Shown here piece by piece: positions 27,948 through 39,000 of a stretch of DNA of 64,000 nucleotides. A model generated the notes under the pieces. The model did not search any database. It was not told where the DNA came from and saw nothing but the letters and a program-made list of their open reading frames with translations. Location: contig JACPJC010000007.1 in assembly GCA_016187745.1 (NCBI GenBank), positions 35,429 through 99,428 on the forward strand, read 5' to 3'. Made by a program: the position numbers and the translations under genes. This stretch comes from Candidatus Iainarchaeum sp. (GTDB lineage: Archaea; Iainarchaeota; Iainarchaeia; Iainarchaeales; JAXPJC01). Within the stretch, counting starts at the first letter, position 1. Each line of letters starts with the position of its first letter.

Positions 27948-30269
27948 TTGGCTGGCAGGCGCGCTGAAAGGGCATCAAAAATTGCGGAGCAGAAAGGCCA
28001 GAGGGAAGTGGCTGCAGCGCGCGCAAGAATCTCCCCCGGGCAGCTTTACAAGGAAATTGCAGTTTCAAAGCCGGAGTTTGAGTCAAGGGAGGAAAGGGAG
28101 GAGCTTGTAAAGCGCAGGGAAACCGGATATGTGAGGTTCTGCAAATCCGCCTACAAAAGATTCCCCTCATTTGGGAAGGGCGCAAAATTCAAGGAGCACT
28201 ACAAGGAGGCAATTGACTTTCTGGGATGGAATTTGAGGGCGGAGGAATTCTCCGCTGCAATAAAAGAGGCAATGTTCCTTTCGCTCTCCCTTGGAATAAT
28301 TGCAATAATTGGAATATTCTTCTTCTTCAGCAGGGAGCTTTCCGCATTTCTAGGGGAGATGTTCCTGTTCTACCTGGTAGTGCCTGTAGTGTTGGCTGCG
28401 GTCATTGCCACATATTATGTGCAGAACTATCCCCTGAATGCCGCAAAGGTAGAGGAGATGCGCGCCCTTACCTACATTCCGGAAATTATCGGATACATGA
28501 CAATGTCAATGAAGCTTTCCCCGAACCTTGAGAAGGCGGTTGAATTTGCTGCGGAGCACGGCAGGGGGAAAGTAGCGGATGATTTCAAGAAAATTTTATG
28601 GGATGTGCAATTGGGCATTTACTTGACGGTTTCAGAGGCGCTTGATGAGCTCGCCTACAAATGGGGGAAATTCAGCGAGGAATTCAAGCAGGGGCTCATG
28701 ATGATACGCGCCTCAGTGCTGGAGGACACGGAAGCGAAAAGATATGCGCTTCTGGACAAGACAATGGTCAGCATCCTTGACAGCGTTAAGGAAAAAATGG
28801 AATCCTATGCAAGGGCGCTTTCCCAGCCGAGCATTGTCCTTTTTTATATAGGAATCCTGCTGCCGCTGATTTTAATAATAATTCTCCCCGTGGGAAGCAG
28901 CTTCTCCGGAGCATCAATGGCAAGGCCTGAAATAATGTTTGCGCTTTACAACATTGCAATTCCGCTGATGGCATTCGCATTTGCGCGCAATTTAATAAAA
29001 TCCAGGCCCCCCACATACGAGGCGCCGAAAATCCCGGACAATTACATCGGGCTGCCAAAAAAAGGGAGAATGCGCATTGGCAAAAAGGGCGCGATGAGCA
29101 TTTTTGCTGTTGTGGCGCTTGTGTTTGTCATTGGGATTTCCGCCTCCTATTTCATGCACCTTTATGGCGCCCCTCCAATACTGCCTGCTGATGGAACAGC
29201 GGAAAAGGCACTTGAGCGCGACAACAAGCCCGCAAACTGGTTTGCGCCCGGGGGCGGAAAGGAAACAGAGCTCATACGCTCAGGGGTAAGCGCAGGAAAA
29301 CTTGCTGAAACGCTCAGGGCTGAGGAGCAGAAGTATTTCATGCGCCCTGAGAATGACGTTACCCCCTACAATCTGATTTTCGGCCTGCTCATTACAATAA
29401 GCCTTTGCATTGCAGTTAATTATTATTATTCAAATATTTACAAGCGCAGGATACAGCAGAGAATAATGGACATGGAAACGGAATTCAAGGACTCGCTTTA
29501 CATAATCGCATCGCGCATGGGGGAGAACAAGCCTGTTGAGGAAGCCTTCAAGCACGCGAAGGAATTCCTTCCGAACTACAAAATCTCGCAGGAGGTTTTC
29601 GGAAGAATTGTTGATAATATAAACCTGCTGGGAATGCCGCTTGATGGCGCGATATTTGATGCGAATTACGGCGCGCTCAAGGACAATCCCTCGGCAATAA
29701 TAAGGAGCTCAATGCGCCTGCTGGTTGATTCGGTAGGGTTGGGGGTGAATGTTGCGGCGCGCACAATGATGTCCCTGAGCATGCAGCTGCAGAATTCTGA
29801 AAAGGTTACAAAAATGCTCTCCCTCCTTGTGAAGGACATTACAACAATGATGCGCACAATGTCAGTTTATATCGCGCCTGTTGTTCTGGGAATTACCACT
29901 TCCCTGCAGAAAGTCGTTATTTTAACGCTTTCAGCAATATCCGTTGAAAGCCCATCAATTACCTCAAGCGCTCTCCCTACAAACATTCCCGGCCTTTCGG
30001 GCTTCCAGGGCTTCACCACACAGGGCCTGGGATTGGTAATGAAGCCCGAGGCGTTTGCGCAGATGGCAAACCCCGCGCAATTCGTATTTATTGTCGCGCT
30101 CTATGTGATTGAATTGGTGTTTATAATGAGCTATTTCACAACGCGCATTGAGGAGGACAACCCGATACTTGCAAAAATAAACCTCGCAAAGGCGCTCCCT
30201 GTCGCAATGATTGTGTTTGTAATTAGCGTTATAGGCGCGAATCTGGTTGTTGGTGGAATAATTGCATAA
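27948..30269 (+). CDS. Pilus membrane platform protein (fused TadB/TadC, T2SSF/ArlJ-like)
   Basis: Two T2SSF-like cytoplasmic domains (PEIIGYMTMSM..PNLEKAV; FKDSLYIIASRM.ENKPVE), each followed by TM helices; follows the ATPase. Confidence 0.9.
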   Translation: MAGRRAERASKIAEQKGQREVAAARARISPGQLYKEIAVSKPEFESREEREELVKRRETGYVRFCKSAYKRFPSFGKGAKFKEHYKEAIDFLGWNLRAEEFSAAIKEAMFLSLSLGIIAIIGIFFFFSRELSAFLGEMFLFYLVVPVVLAAVIATYYVQNYPLNAAKVEEMRALTYIPEIIGYMTMSMKLSPNLEKAVEFAAEHGRGKVADDFKKILWDVQLGIYLTVSEALDELAYKWGKFSEEFKQGLMMIRASVLEDTEAKRYALLDKTMVSILDSVKEKMESYARALSQPSIVLFYIGILLPLILIIILPVGSSFSGASMARPEIMFALYNIAIPLMAFAFARNLIKSRPPTYEAPKIPDNYIGLPKKGRMRIGKKGAMSIFAVVALVFVIGISASYFMHLYGAPPILPADGTAEKALERDNKPANWFAPGGGKETELIRSGVSAGKLAETLRAEEQKYFMRPENDVTPYNLIFGLLITISLCIAVNYYYSNIYKRRIQQRIMDMETEFKDSLYIIASRMGENKPVEEAFKHAKEFLPNYKISQEVFGRIVDNINLLGMPLDGAIFDANYGALKDNPSAIIRSSMRLLVDSVGLGVNVAARTMMSLSMQLQNSEKVTKMLSLLVKDITTMMRTMSVYIAPVVLGITTSLQKVVILTLSAISVESPSITSSALPTNIPGLSGFQGFTTQGLGLVMKPEAFAQMANPAQFVFIVALYVIELVFIMSYFTTRIEEDNPILAKINLAKALPVAMIVFVISVIGANLVVGGIIA

Positions 30270-30726
30270 TCTGAATCAGAAAGGGCAGGCATTTGCTGTT
30301 TATCGCCTGCTAATAGGCGCAATTCTCGCAATAATGATAATGTATTTCATTTCCGGGATTTACTTATATTTCGAGGAGCAGAAGGCGATAGTGAGCGAGC
30401 GCGGCCTGCAGTCTGCAATAAGGAATGCCGTCTCAAGCCCGAACGGGGACGTGATTGCTGCGGAAAACCTCACCTTCAGGCCGGGCACTGTCTACTCGAA
30501 GGGGGCTTTTGCGCACATCGCGGCAATTCCCGAATCCTGCATAGAACTTTCCCAAACGCGCAGCGTTTCCGCAGTTGAAGCAAGCGAAGATGAAATTTCA
30601 ATAAGGAAGCAGATAATGCTGGATGTTTATGTGAAATGCAGCCTGGAATTGTGCGCCGATGATGAAAATCCCTCTGACGATGTGAAATGCGAAATTTCCT
30701 TCGGGGAAAAACTTGAAAGCGGATGA
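30262..30726 (+). CDS. Pilin-like protein with class III signal peptide
   Basis: NQKG/QAFAVYRLLIGAILAIMI; Cys pairs; overlaps the platform gene stop. Confidence 0.85.
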   Translation: MHNLNQKGQAFAVYRLLIGAILAIMIMYFISGIYLYFEEQKAIVSERGLQSAIRNAVSSPNGDVIAAENLTFRPGTVYSKGAFAHIAAIPESCIELSQTRSVSAVEASEDEISIRKQIMLDVYVKCSLELCADDENPSDDVKCEISFGEKLESG

Positions 30727-30771
30727 AAACATTTATATATGAGTTTTGCATTATTTAATCGGTGGTTTAAG

Positions 30772-31308
30772 GTGATTAATCAGAAAGGCCAGGCATTTGA
30801 TGTTTTTAAACTGCTTATTGCCGCGGTTATTGCAATAGCAATACTCTCGCTCCTGATGCCGATCATAGGGACAATAACCGGCATATTCACAAAAGACCCC
30901 ACAGTTGAGGCAAGAACGCTTTTGTCAGATTTATACAACAAAACGATTACCTGGAAAGAAACCCCGGGAGTGACTTTCAGCACTTCTAATCCCACAATGG
31001 CAGTAGCAGCGCTTATTGAAGGCACCAACCTGAGTTCGGATCAGGTCTGCCTGAGCCTTGGCGATTTCTCAGACAGCACGACAGAATGGGAAATAACAGG
31101 AACTGCCGGACTCAGAAAAATTGAGCACAAATTATCAACAAGCAGGCTTGTGAAGATCGGCGTGGAATGCGCCCGTGATGGAGAAGACCCTGCCCAAATT
31201 GCATTAGAGAGCGAGCTTAATAATAAAATAAGCGGCGCAGAACTTGAGTGCGATGACTCTGGCTGCCCAGGCCCGACCTGTTGCATGGTTGTATTGAGAA
31301 GGACATAA
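30772..31308 (+). CDS. Pilin, candidate major subunit
   Basis: NQKG/QAFDVFKLLIAAVIAIAIL. GTG start after GGTGG SD; own TATA-like aaaacatttatata at about 30726-30739; T-rich tract after the stop. Confidence 0.85.
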   Translation: MINQKGQAFDVFKLLIAAVIAIAILSLLMPIIGTITGIFTKDPTVEARTLLSDLYNKTITWKETPGVTFSTSNPTMAVAALIEGTNLSSDQVCLSLGDFSDSTTEWEITGTAGLRKIEHKLSTSRLVKIGVECARDGEDPAQIALESELNNKISGAELECDDSGCPGPTCCMVVLRRT

Positions 31309-31367
31309 TTGCCTTTCTTTTTTTAACGCGGGAAATATTTATATACTCCAAATGCATTCATGTTAGT

Positions 31368-31526
31368 ATGCGCATAACTGATTTCCTAAGGGATGAAAAA
31401 GCCCAGAGCGAGTTCAGCTCCCTTTACATGCTAATAGTGCTGGTTATTGCGGCGCTTCTCATAATTACGCTTGTAAAGCCGATGTTCCGGCAGAGCCAGA
31501 AGATTGTAAGCAAAACCGTGAAATAG
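31368..31526 (+). CDS. Very small pilin-like protein (52 aa)
   Basis: MRITDFLRDEKA/QSEFSSLYMLIVLVIAALLII; TATA-like tttatata about 25-30 nt upstream. Confidence 0.75.
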   Translation: MRITDFLRDEKAQSEFSSLYMLIVLVIAALLIITLVKPMFRQSQKIVSKTVK

Positions 31527-31529
31527 AAT

Positions 31530-32078
31530 GTGCCTAATATGCCAAAATTCAACCAGAAGGGCCAGGAAGAGGCTCCCTTTGAGCTGCTTGTCGCAGTCAT
31601 AATAATGGGCTTCGTGCTTTTTGTGGGCATGCAGGCCATGGCGCAGCTTCAACTGAACGAATGCACGGGAAGGACTGAAAAAACCCTTGAGAGCATGAAA
31701 ACAGTAATTGAGACAGTCGCAACGGAACGGGGAAAACAGAATATCAATTTCAGGCTGCCGGGCTGCTTCAAGGAAGAAAAGCAGAAATTATTTGTAAAGC
31801 AGATTTCCGACAAGCAGAGCTGCATGTATTTCTGCAAGCAGATTGCGGAGAGATGCACTGTGCTTTATTATGATGCGGAGGAAATCGCGCCGATAGTGAA
31901 GTGCCTCTCAATATCCTATCTTACAACCTTCCCGAGCGAAGGCACGCTGTGCAATGCAATTGACGATTATGCGCTGCAGGATTTCTACAATGACATTCCG
32001 CAGGGGAATTACATACTCATAAGCAGGCCAAACCCCACAACGCAAGTCCCAACAGTATGCGCATACCGCCATGATTAG
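31530..32078 (+). CDS. Pilin-like protein with class III signal peptide
   Basis: NQKG/QEEAPFELLVAVIIMGFVL; 8 Cys. Confidence 0.85.
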   Translation: MPNMPKFNQKGQEEAPFELLVAVIIMGFVLFVGMQAMAQLQLNECTGRTEKTLESMKTVIETVATERGKQNINFRLPGCFKEEKQKLFVKQISDKQSCMYFCKQIAERCTVLYYDAEEIAPIVKCLSISYLTTFPSEGTLCNAIDDYALQDFYNDIPQGNYILISRPNPTTQVPTVCAYRHD

Positions 32079-32090
32079 GAGCAAGGCAGA

Positions 32091-32711
32091 ATGTTAGGGT
32101 TTACATTAAGCAAACTGAATTTGCTTTTATTGGCGATTGCCGCAAGCGCAACTGTCGCGTATTTCATGGTAATTTACATTGACGCTTCCGAGGCACAGGC
32201 TGCGCAGCAGCTGGCGCAGAAACTCGCGCAGGACGCGGCATCGCTGGTGAATTCATCAACCTACTGCGATTACCTCGAATTTTCACTGCCGCGCTCCTTT
32301 TCAGTAGGGGGGAAGGAATTCTACTACAAGCTGAAGATTTCAGGCCTTGAGGCGCAATCAGAAACCAGCAATCCAAAAAACTATCTTATTTTTTCAGTAA
32401 TAAGGAAGCGCGAGGGCAGGGAAAGCATTGCTGCGACAAGCTCTGTTGTTGCTTCCGCGGAAATAAATGTGTTCAGGTTCGGGGATGAAACAACGCTCGA
32501 GCCTGAACTGGTGGGATTGGAAGAAGGCGCAATCCTCGACCCGCAGGAAATCCCAAGGCAGAACATAGTCATGCTTGTGAAGGAAATAATTGATGGCGCG
32601 CCATACATTTATGCAATTCCCTGCAGCTCTGACAGCGATGCGAGCTCATGCCCGGCAAACAAGAGCAGCGCGGCAGTTCTGCTCGACCGCCCGGAGGGAT
32701 TCAATTGCTAG
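32091..32711 (+). CDS. Minor pilin-like protein (N-terminal hydrophobic helix, no basic leader)
   Basis: MLGFTLSKLNLLLLAIAA, then amphipathic helix and beta domain; inside the pilin operon. Confidence 0.75.
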   Translation: MLGFTLSKLNLLLLAIAASATVAYFMVIYIDASEAQAAQQLAQKLAQDAASLVNSSTYCDYLEFSLPRSFSVGGKEFYYKLKISGLEAQSETSNPKNYLIFSVIRKREGRESIAATSSVVASAEINVFRFGDETTLEPELVGLEEGAILDPQEIPRQNIVMLVKEIIDGAPYIYAIPCSSDSDASSCPANKSSAAVLLDRPEGFNC

Positions 32712-33268
32712 AAAAGAAACGCAAGGGGTTTTTGGGCCCCATAGGCGATGACCTTCCGAGTCTGGTCCCCCTGGTTTTTGCGCTGATAATTTTCTTCTCC
32801 ACTTTCACTTATGCGATGAATTCCATGGACTCGAGGAACGAGGATTTTGATGCGGATCTGGCAACGCTGGGCATTGCAAGGATAATGCGGAGCAACGGCT
32901 ACATTACAGGATATGAGGATTTCAGGCGCCTTTGCGGCAACATCAATGTTTCAGGCCTGAATTACGAAGTTGCGCTTGTTGAAACAGAGCTCACATACGA
33001 TGAAAGCAATTATGCAGGTTATGAAGACCAAAGATTTTCAGGGGTTGATATTCTTGATTTGCGCATATTTGATTCAACCCCGAATATAAAGGATGATGAA
33101 GAGGACAGGAAAGCAAGCGAGTTCTTCTGCAGCAATATTCCCATTTCCGAACTGCCGGAGCTTATTGAAATTGGGCAGAGGCTCAGCTCAAGGGTATTCC
33201 CAATAGTTCTTGAGGATGCGAAGATAGCGAAGCCGATGTTCCTGGTTGTGATAACATGGAGGCCATAA
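32705..33268 (+). CDS. Minor pilin-like protein
   Basis: TTG start at 32705 after GGAGGG; KRKG/FLGPIGDDLPSLVPLVFALIIFF. Confidence 0.75.
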   Translation: MLEKKRKGFLGPIGDDLPSLVPLVFALIIFFSTFTYAMNSMDSRNEDFDADLATLGIARIMRSNGYITGYEDFRRLCGNINVSGLNYEVALVETELTYDESNYAGYEDQRFSGVDILDLRIFDSTPNIKDDEEDRKASEFFCSNIPISELPELIEIGQRLSSRVFPIVLEDAKIAKPMFLVVITWRP

Positions 33269-33269
33269 A

Positions 33270-34061
33270 TTGCGGAAACTAAATAGCAAGGGCCAGGCGG
33301 CAATTACTGATGCGCTGTTTTTCCTGCTGATAGTTTCAGCGCTTGCAACACTGCTCTTTCTCTTCATAAACCAGTACGGGATAATGGTTTCCGATGAGGT
33401 AAAGCGCTCTTATGGGACGGATTATGCGTCTTCTGCATTGAAAACAATCCTATATGGCAGCGTTCCGAGGAATGCCGGTGAAAAGCTTGCGGATGCGGAA
33501 ACCCAGGAGATTGATTATCTGCTTGCCGCAATAAAGGAGGATTATGCCTATGCGAAGGATGACGGGAAGCAAAGGCTCAGCCCTGAAATGCAGAAAACCC
33601 TCCATAGCAATATTTCCGCAATAATGAAGCCGCTTTCAGAGCAGTTTGACTATTTGTTTTATGTTTACAGGATCGATTCCCCAAGCGATGCGGATGAGTT
33701 TGCCTATCTGCTGCTGCACATAAGCGGGTGCAAAGCGGAAATCAGCTCCTCCGAGTTCTGCCCAGAGGGCGAAGGAATCCATGCGGATTACCTCTGCAAT
33801 CCCAAAACGCTTTCCGGGCAGTCCGCAGTTTCCTCAACCCTTGATGCGCTTACAATGCTGATTCCGAATTCCGCGCAGTCTGTAAGCAGCATTCTCCTCT
33901 CAAAAGTTGCAGATTCCGCAAGCAGCCCGAAAACAGTCCCTGCGCGCGCTGCAATTATGCTCTGGCCTGCGGTTTATCTCAAGCAGAACGAAACAGGGGA
34001 TTTCGCCTCAGCGCCCTGGAACTGCTGCGACGCCTCAAAAACATACTGCCCTGCAGGCTAG
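33270..34061 (+). CDS. Minor pilin-like protein
   Basis: NSKG/QAAITDALFFLLIVSAL; Cys-rich C-terminus. Confidence 0.82.
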   Translation: MRKLNSKGQAAITDALFFLLIVSALATLLFLFINQYGIMVSDEVKRSYGTDYASSALKTILYGSVPRNAGEKLADAETQEIDYLLAAIKEDYAYAKDDGKQRLSPEMQKTLHSNISAIMKPLSEQFDYLFYVYRIDSPSDADEFAYLLLHISGCKAEISSSEFCPEGEGIHADYLCNPKTLSGQSAVSSTLDALTMLIPNSAQSVSSILLSKVADSASSPKTVPARAAIMLWPAVYLKQNETGDFASAPWNCCDASKTYCPAG

Positions 34062-34993
34062 CGCATTTGGACCTTGAATTCTTTATTGCACTTTGGGCAT
34101 TTATACACAACAATGTCATCATAGGGCTTTACGCTTTTTGCGCAGTGCGCGCAGAAAGCCGAATTGCAGTTCGGGCAGAAGATTATTTCCGGGCTCTTGT
34201 TCCCGCAGTTCGGGCATACGTTCTTGTCGGTTTCAATTTCCTTTGTTATGCTTTCCGGGCCGCCCGCAATTTTTTTTAGCTGCTCCTCCAGGCTTTCCTC
34301 ATTTTTCTTTTCTCCCTTCTCGGATTCCGGCTCCTCGGACATCTGCTCAATCAATTCAGGATGCTCCTCGCTTTCAATCCCGAAAAGCTCAGAAACGCTA
34401 AGCTTCTTTTTTTCCGCTGTTTCAGGGATAGAAAATTCCCCCTCAGCAACATCCTTTTTCCCCTCCCCTGCCCTTTCCCTTGCGCGCTTTTTTCTGGCTC
34501 CGGGTTTTTCAGCCGGGAATTTTGATTTTACCTCCTCAAAAACATTTTCTGAAAGCTTTTCCTCCTCCTTCTCTGTTGGGAGCCTTCTGTGCCTTTCTCG
34601 GAAGCGCCTGACCTCGCTTATTGCTGCATGCGCTGTTTCTTCCTTTGCAACTTCCTCAGGAATTTCCCTGGAAGCGCGGTAAATCTCCTCTGCAGCCTCC
34701 CTTTCGGGCTTTTCAGCCTTCCTTCTGCGGAATTTTTCCGCTGCCCTTTCAGGTTCCTTAACCTTCTCTTCCTCGTAAAGCGTTTCTATCAGTTCCTCCT
34801 CTTCCTTCCTTCCAATCTCCTTGAGCAGCTGCTCCATTTCCCTTGTGGGCCTTATGGGCTCTTCCTTCCTCGGAATTTCCTTTTTCTCTGCTGTTTTTTC
34901 AGCAGGCCCCGGCCTTGCTTCTGCCTTTTCAGCCTGCCCCCTGTAGAAGCGCCTCATCCTCCGGGGAACTTCCTCGTTTTCCTCAGTGCTCAT
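34058..34993 (-). CDS. Glu/Lys/Arg-rich protein with C-terminal double zinc ribbon
   Basis: Low-complexity charged body; CPNC, CPNC, CAHC, CPKC. Confidence 0.8.
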   Translation of the reverse strand: MSTEENEEVPRRMRRFYRGQAEKAEARPGPAEKTAEKKEIPRKEEPIRPTREMEQLLKEIGRKEEEELIETLYEEEKVKEPERAAEKFRRRKAEKPEREAAEEIYRASREIPEEVAKEETAHAAISEVRRFRERHRRLPTEKEEEKLSENVFEEVKSKFPAEKPGARKKRARERAGEGKKDVAEGEFSIPETAEKKKLSVSELFGIESEEHPELIEQMSEEPESEKGEKKNEESLEEQLKKIAGGPESITKEIETDKNVCPNCGNKSPEIIFCPNCNSAFCAHCAKSVKPYDDIVVYKCPKCNKEFKVQMR

Positions 34994-35388
34994 TTCCTTC
35001 CCTTCTTCCTTTTTTTATTTTTCAGTTTTCTGAAGGCGCGCTTCGCAACAGCGCCCGCGCTTATGTAATCGAGAGGCACAACAACCTTTAATTTTTTCCT
35101 CGGCTTGATTTTCCTGTAAACATTGAGCGCGAGGAATGAGGCAAAAAATGCAAACGCAAGCAGGTAAAGGAAGGTCTTTTCAAACGGCATGGAAATTGCG
35201 GTTTCCAGAAGCAGGCCTGCTGCAATCACAAGCGCTCCGAAGGAAACTCCCGCAAGCACCGAATATGCGAGCTTTGCCCTTTCCCTCAGCGCCCTCACCG
35301 CAGGCCAGGAGGCGCGGAGCATGAGATAGCCTATGCTTGCCGCTCCGGAGAGTATGTAAAGCGCAAGCAGCAATCCGTCAGCATTCAT
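34990..35388 (-). CDS. Small membrane protein (3 TM, basic tail)
   Basis: Three hydrophobic helices; 4-nt ATGA overlap with the downstream gene. Confidence 0.75.
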   Translation of the reverse strand: MNADGLLLALYILSGAASIGYLMLRASWPAVRALRERAKLAYSVLAGVSFGALVIAAGLLLETAISMPFEKTFLYLLAFAFFASFLALNVYRKIKPRKKLKVVVPLDYISAGAVAKRAFRKLKNKKRKKGRK

Positions 35389-35471
35389 ACAGAATCACAT
35401 TTTCGTAAGGGCATCTATGCCATTATATATTAAGTAAGTTATTTATATTACTTTATAGTAATTCTTTACAG

Positions 35472-36020
35472 GTGCATGGGATGGTGCTGGATCTGCTTTC
35501 AAATATTGCCTTTTCAACAACTAGTTTCCTCTGGCTCGGCTTCATTTCATCAATCCCTGTGTTCGCGCTTGTGCTGATCGCATGGCTTGCCAATAAAATA
35601 ATATCGAAGCCCAGGAAAAAATACTCATGGCTTGCAAGATGCTTTGCGCTTTCCTATATAATAATCCTCTGCATTGTTGCCTTCGCATATTTCGCTCCGT
35701 TGATTTCTGCAGGACAGCAGGCTGCAGCCATTGGAAGCGAGCCGGGGGATGTTGCGCAGGATTTCCTGACAGAAACCCTGCCCGAATGGGCCTTCTATAT
35801 TGTCAGGGCATTTGCAATAGCGTTTGCGCTTGCATTGCTCATAATGCCGTTGGCATTGGTCGGGGAATTTGCAAATGAGGCAATAGGAAAGAAATTCAGG
35901 CCGCATAAGGCGCTCTGCGCATATGCTGCAACGCTCCTTGCGACATTTGCTGCAGTTGCCGTTATAATGCTTTTCCCAGGCATTCCCGCGGGGATAATTT
36001 ACCTGGTTTATTTCGCTTAA
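35472..36020 (+). CDS. Membrane protein (4-5 TM)
   Basis: Hydrophobic helices throughout; start may be ATG 35481. Confidence 0.75.
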   Translation: MHGMVLDLLSNIAFSTTSFLWLGFISSIPVFALVLIAWLANKIISKPRKKYSWLARCFALSYIIILCIVAFAYFAPLISAGQQAAAIGSEPGDVAQDFLTETLPEWAFYIVRAFAIAFALALLIMPLALVGEFANEAIGKKFRPHKALCAYAATLLATFAAVAVIMLFPGIPAGIIYLVYFA

Positions 36021-36053
36021 AAGCCTAGAAGGGATTAATAACTCGGAAAACAG

Positions 36054-39000
36054 ATGATTATTATGGGAAAAAACAAGGAAAGGCTTGAAAATGCACTGCA
36101 GATTGCATTGCACTTCCTCATAATATTCCTGCTTATCGGCATGAATTTCTCATTTGCATTTTCCCAGAGCCCGGGAACAGATGCCGAAAAAGAAGTGAAG
36201 TCCGAGTCCTTCTCATGCAATACTGCAAAAATTTCCCCTGAGGAAATTGAAAAATTCAAGAACGAGGTTTTTGTGAAGGGATTTGACGGCAACGCAATAA
36301 GCTCCGGCACCCCCGCAAACAGCGACCGGGATGCGTTGGACAGCAACAGGATAATCCTTACCTCGGAGGACAGCAATACCGCAGTAAAGGCGGAAATTCC
36401 CTCCGAAAAAATCTCACCGTTTGAAGTTTCGCATTTGCTCGGGGATTATGGGAAGGGGGCATTTGCAATAGGCCTTGTGCTGGATGATTCCCTGCGCACA
36501 GGGCGCTGCAAGAACTTCGAGACCTGCCCATTGACCGGAAGCAACCTGAAGCTGAGGAATTCAGGAACCGGCTTCATCGAGGAGACAAAATCAATTTTTT
36601 CAGATTTGCTCGATGGCAACAAGTACAGGATTGAGGCCCTTACTGAGGAAGACAAAAAGCTCATTGACGCGCAGCTATATCTGGATGAGAACAAGTTTGA
36701 TGCAAAGACGTTAAAAAGGATAGAGAGCGTCATAATCCCGAACTCAATCCTTGCGGATTCTTTCACAGCGAAAATGGAAACCAACTGCAGGAATTCCGGC
36801 TGCTTCATAAATTCCTATTCATTGTTTGACAAATACTTCAATGCGTGGTTTTCATTGGACATGGTTGTGAGCAGCTTTGCCCCCACGCTTTTCAGCAATG
36901 CGCGCAAGATGATGGGATGGGGCGCAAGAAGGGGCTGGCCATGGCACATGAATGAATTAGGATTTTACAAGAAGTTCAAGGAGGCTTTCTACAGCACGGA
37001 TTCCCTTACAGGGAAGGCGAATCTTGTGAAGATGGACACGGACATACAGAAGTATGGGCTGGGGGTTGTTTTTGAGGATCTTGTTGATTCGAGCAAGGGC
37101 TACAGGCTCATAAGAAGCGGCCCATTTGCGGACTGGCTTTATTCCTCGCTTGAGTCAGGAAGCCTTTCAAAGCTGAAAACCCCGCAGCAGAGGGCCGCGC
37201 TTGTAAGGGTAATAAAGCGCATTAACAATTACGGGCAGGCGATAAACTATAAGAACAAGGAGCTGCAGGATGTAATGAACAAGGCAATAAAGCAGTTCGG
37301 CCCCGATTCCCAGCAGGCAATGCAGGCAAGGCTTTCACTCTCGCAGTATCTTGCAAAGGTTGGGGTGGAAATGGATGACAAGCTGCATCTTGATTTGCCC
37401 GAGTTCTGGATGCGCTATGGCTCCACAAATTTATATCCCTATTCTTTCATGAACACATTGACAGGGGAAACGCACTCAATAACCTCCCAGGCGCGCTATA
37501 TGAGGCAGAATGTTCTCGCCCCATTCTATGAGCAGTATGACGGGGCCGTGGACGAATTCTACAAAATAGGGAACCGCTGGAAGCCCAAGGCTAGCTGCCC
37601 GAAATGCATTTTCGAAACCAATGGCGCAGGGGACCTGAAGCTATATATACCCTCTCCGCAGGACTACTTTGGAAGAGTGGATGTGGACAAGCTTGAAACT
37701 CTTTTAAGCAGCGGAATAATTGACCTTACAGTGAAGATTCCCGCAAAGGAGCAGTACATAATGGTCAATAGCGCAAACTTAAAGCTCATAAAGGAATACG
37801 GCGCCCCGCAAGTTGAGGTTTACAGGGTAGGGAAAGTGGTTGATTCCGGGAAGGTTCTGACTCCGGAAATGCTCGCAGGCACAATGACTGACAATTACTT
37901 CCCCACAAGGGTATCAAAGGTATACGGGAATACAACAATTATGCTTAACACGCTCCTTGAGCAGGGCTGGGAAACAAGGCGTTACGCTTCATTGCTTGAT
38001 AAAATAATGGCAGAGGAATCAGAGCTGATAAAGGCGTATTTCTCATTCCCGAAAGGGGCAGCAAAATGGACTGCCCTTCCCTATGTTTATTGGGCCGGAA
38101 AGCGCGGCTTCGGCTCTGAGAATTTCTCCGCATACCAGCTCCCAACCTCGTGGCGCAGCATTGAATTCCGGCCCGCGGAAGGGGAAATATACAATGACGC
38201 GTTCATTGATTTCTTTGCGAATGAAGGATCGGACCAGGGGGATTTGTTCATAAGGGTAATAAACAACCTCCCCTGGAAGATGGTATTGAATGCCGCTGTT
38301 GAGAATTTCGCCCCGCTGAAAAACATGTATGACAAATTAACAAAGGGCGAGCTGCGCAATGAAGTGGAGAACCTTGCGCTCTACATGTCCGCCCCTGAAG
38401 AATGCGAGGACTGCACATTCACACTGAAGAGCACAAATCTCAGGGATTTTTCCCCGTTCTTCTTTTCAAACAGGGAGCTGAAATCCTATTTATTGGAGGA
38501 CATTGAAAGCGACAAGGCAAAGAAGATTGGCCAAACACTCATAAGCTTTGCCCATCACACAAATATGGAAGGCTCAAACGAGTCCGGCGGCAACAAGGAA
38601 GGGATGATTGACCTGCTTGCCGCAAGGAAGGACGGAAAAACATGCGCCCAGAAGATTGCTGACCTGCATATAGCGGGGCTGCCCCTCGGAAGGGCAATTC
38701 CAAAGGGCCTGCAGGGCCCTGAAATAGGGGCAATACTTGCCATTTCTGAAAGCATAGGCTATTTCACATTCATGTGGTCAGGCATTCTGGGAAGCGTTGT
38801 GCAGCAGGTTGTTATTACCCCGCAGCTCCATGAATGCGTTGATGACGAGCAGGGATATTACACGCATTATTTCGCTCCTGCAAAAAGCGAAGCCGCAGAC
38901 AAGAAAAATGCGACGGAGCTTTCAACGCAGAACGTTTCGAATATGATAAAGGAGAATGCGGACAAGTTCCTAAGCTCATTCCAGGGCGATGAGAATTCAC

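Noticed and set aside
25653-34061. Archaellum operon
   Set aside because: No archaellin-like sequences, no ArlH (KaiC-like) or ArlF/G genes recognised, and no chemotaxis genes.
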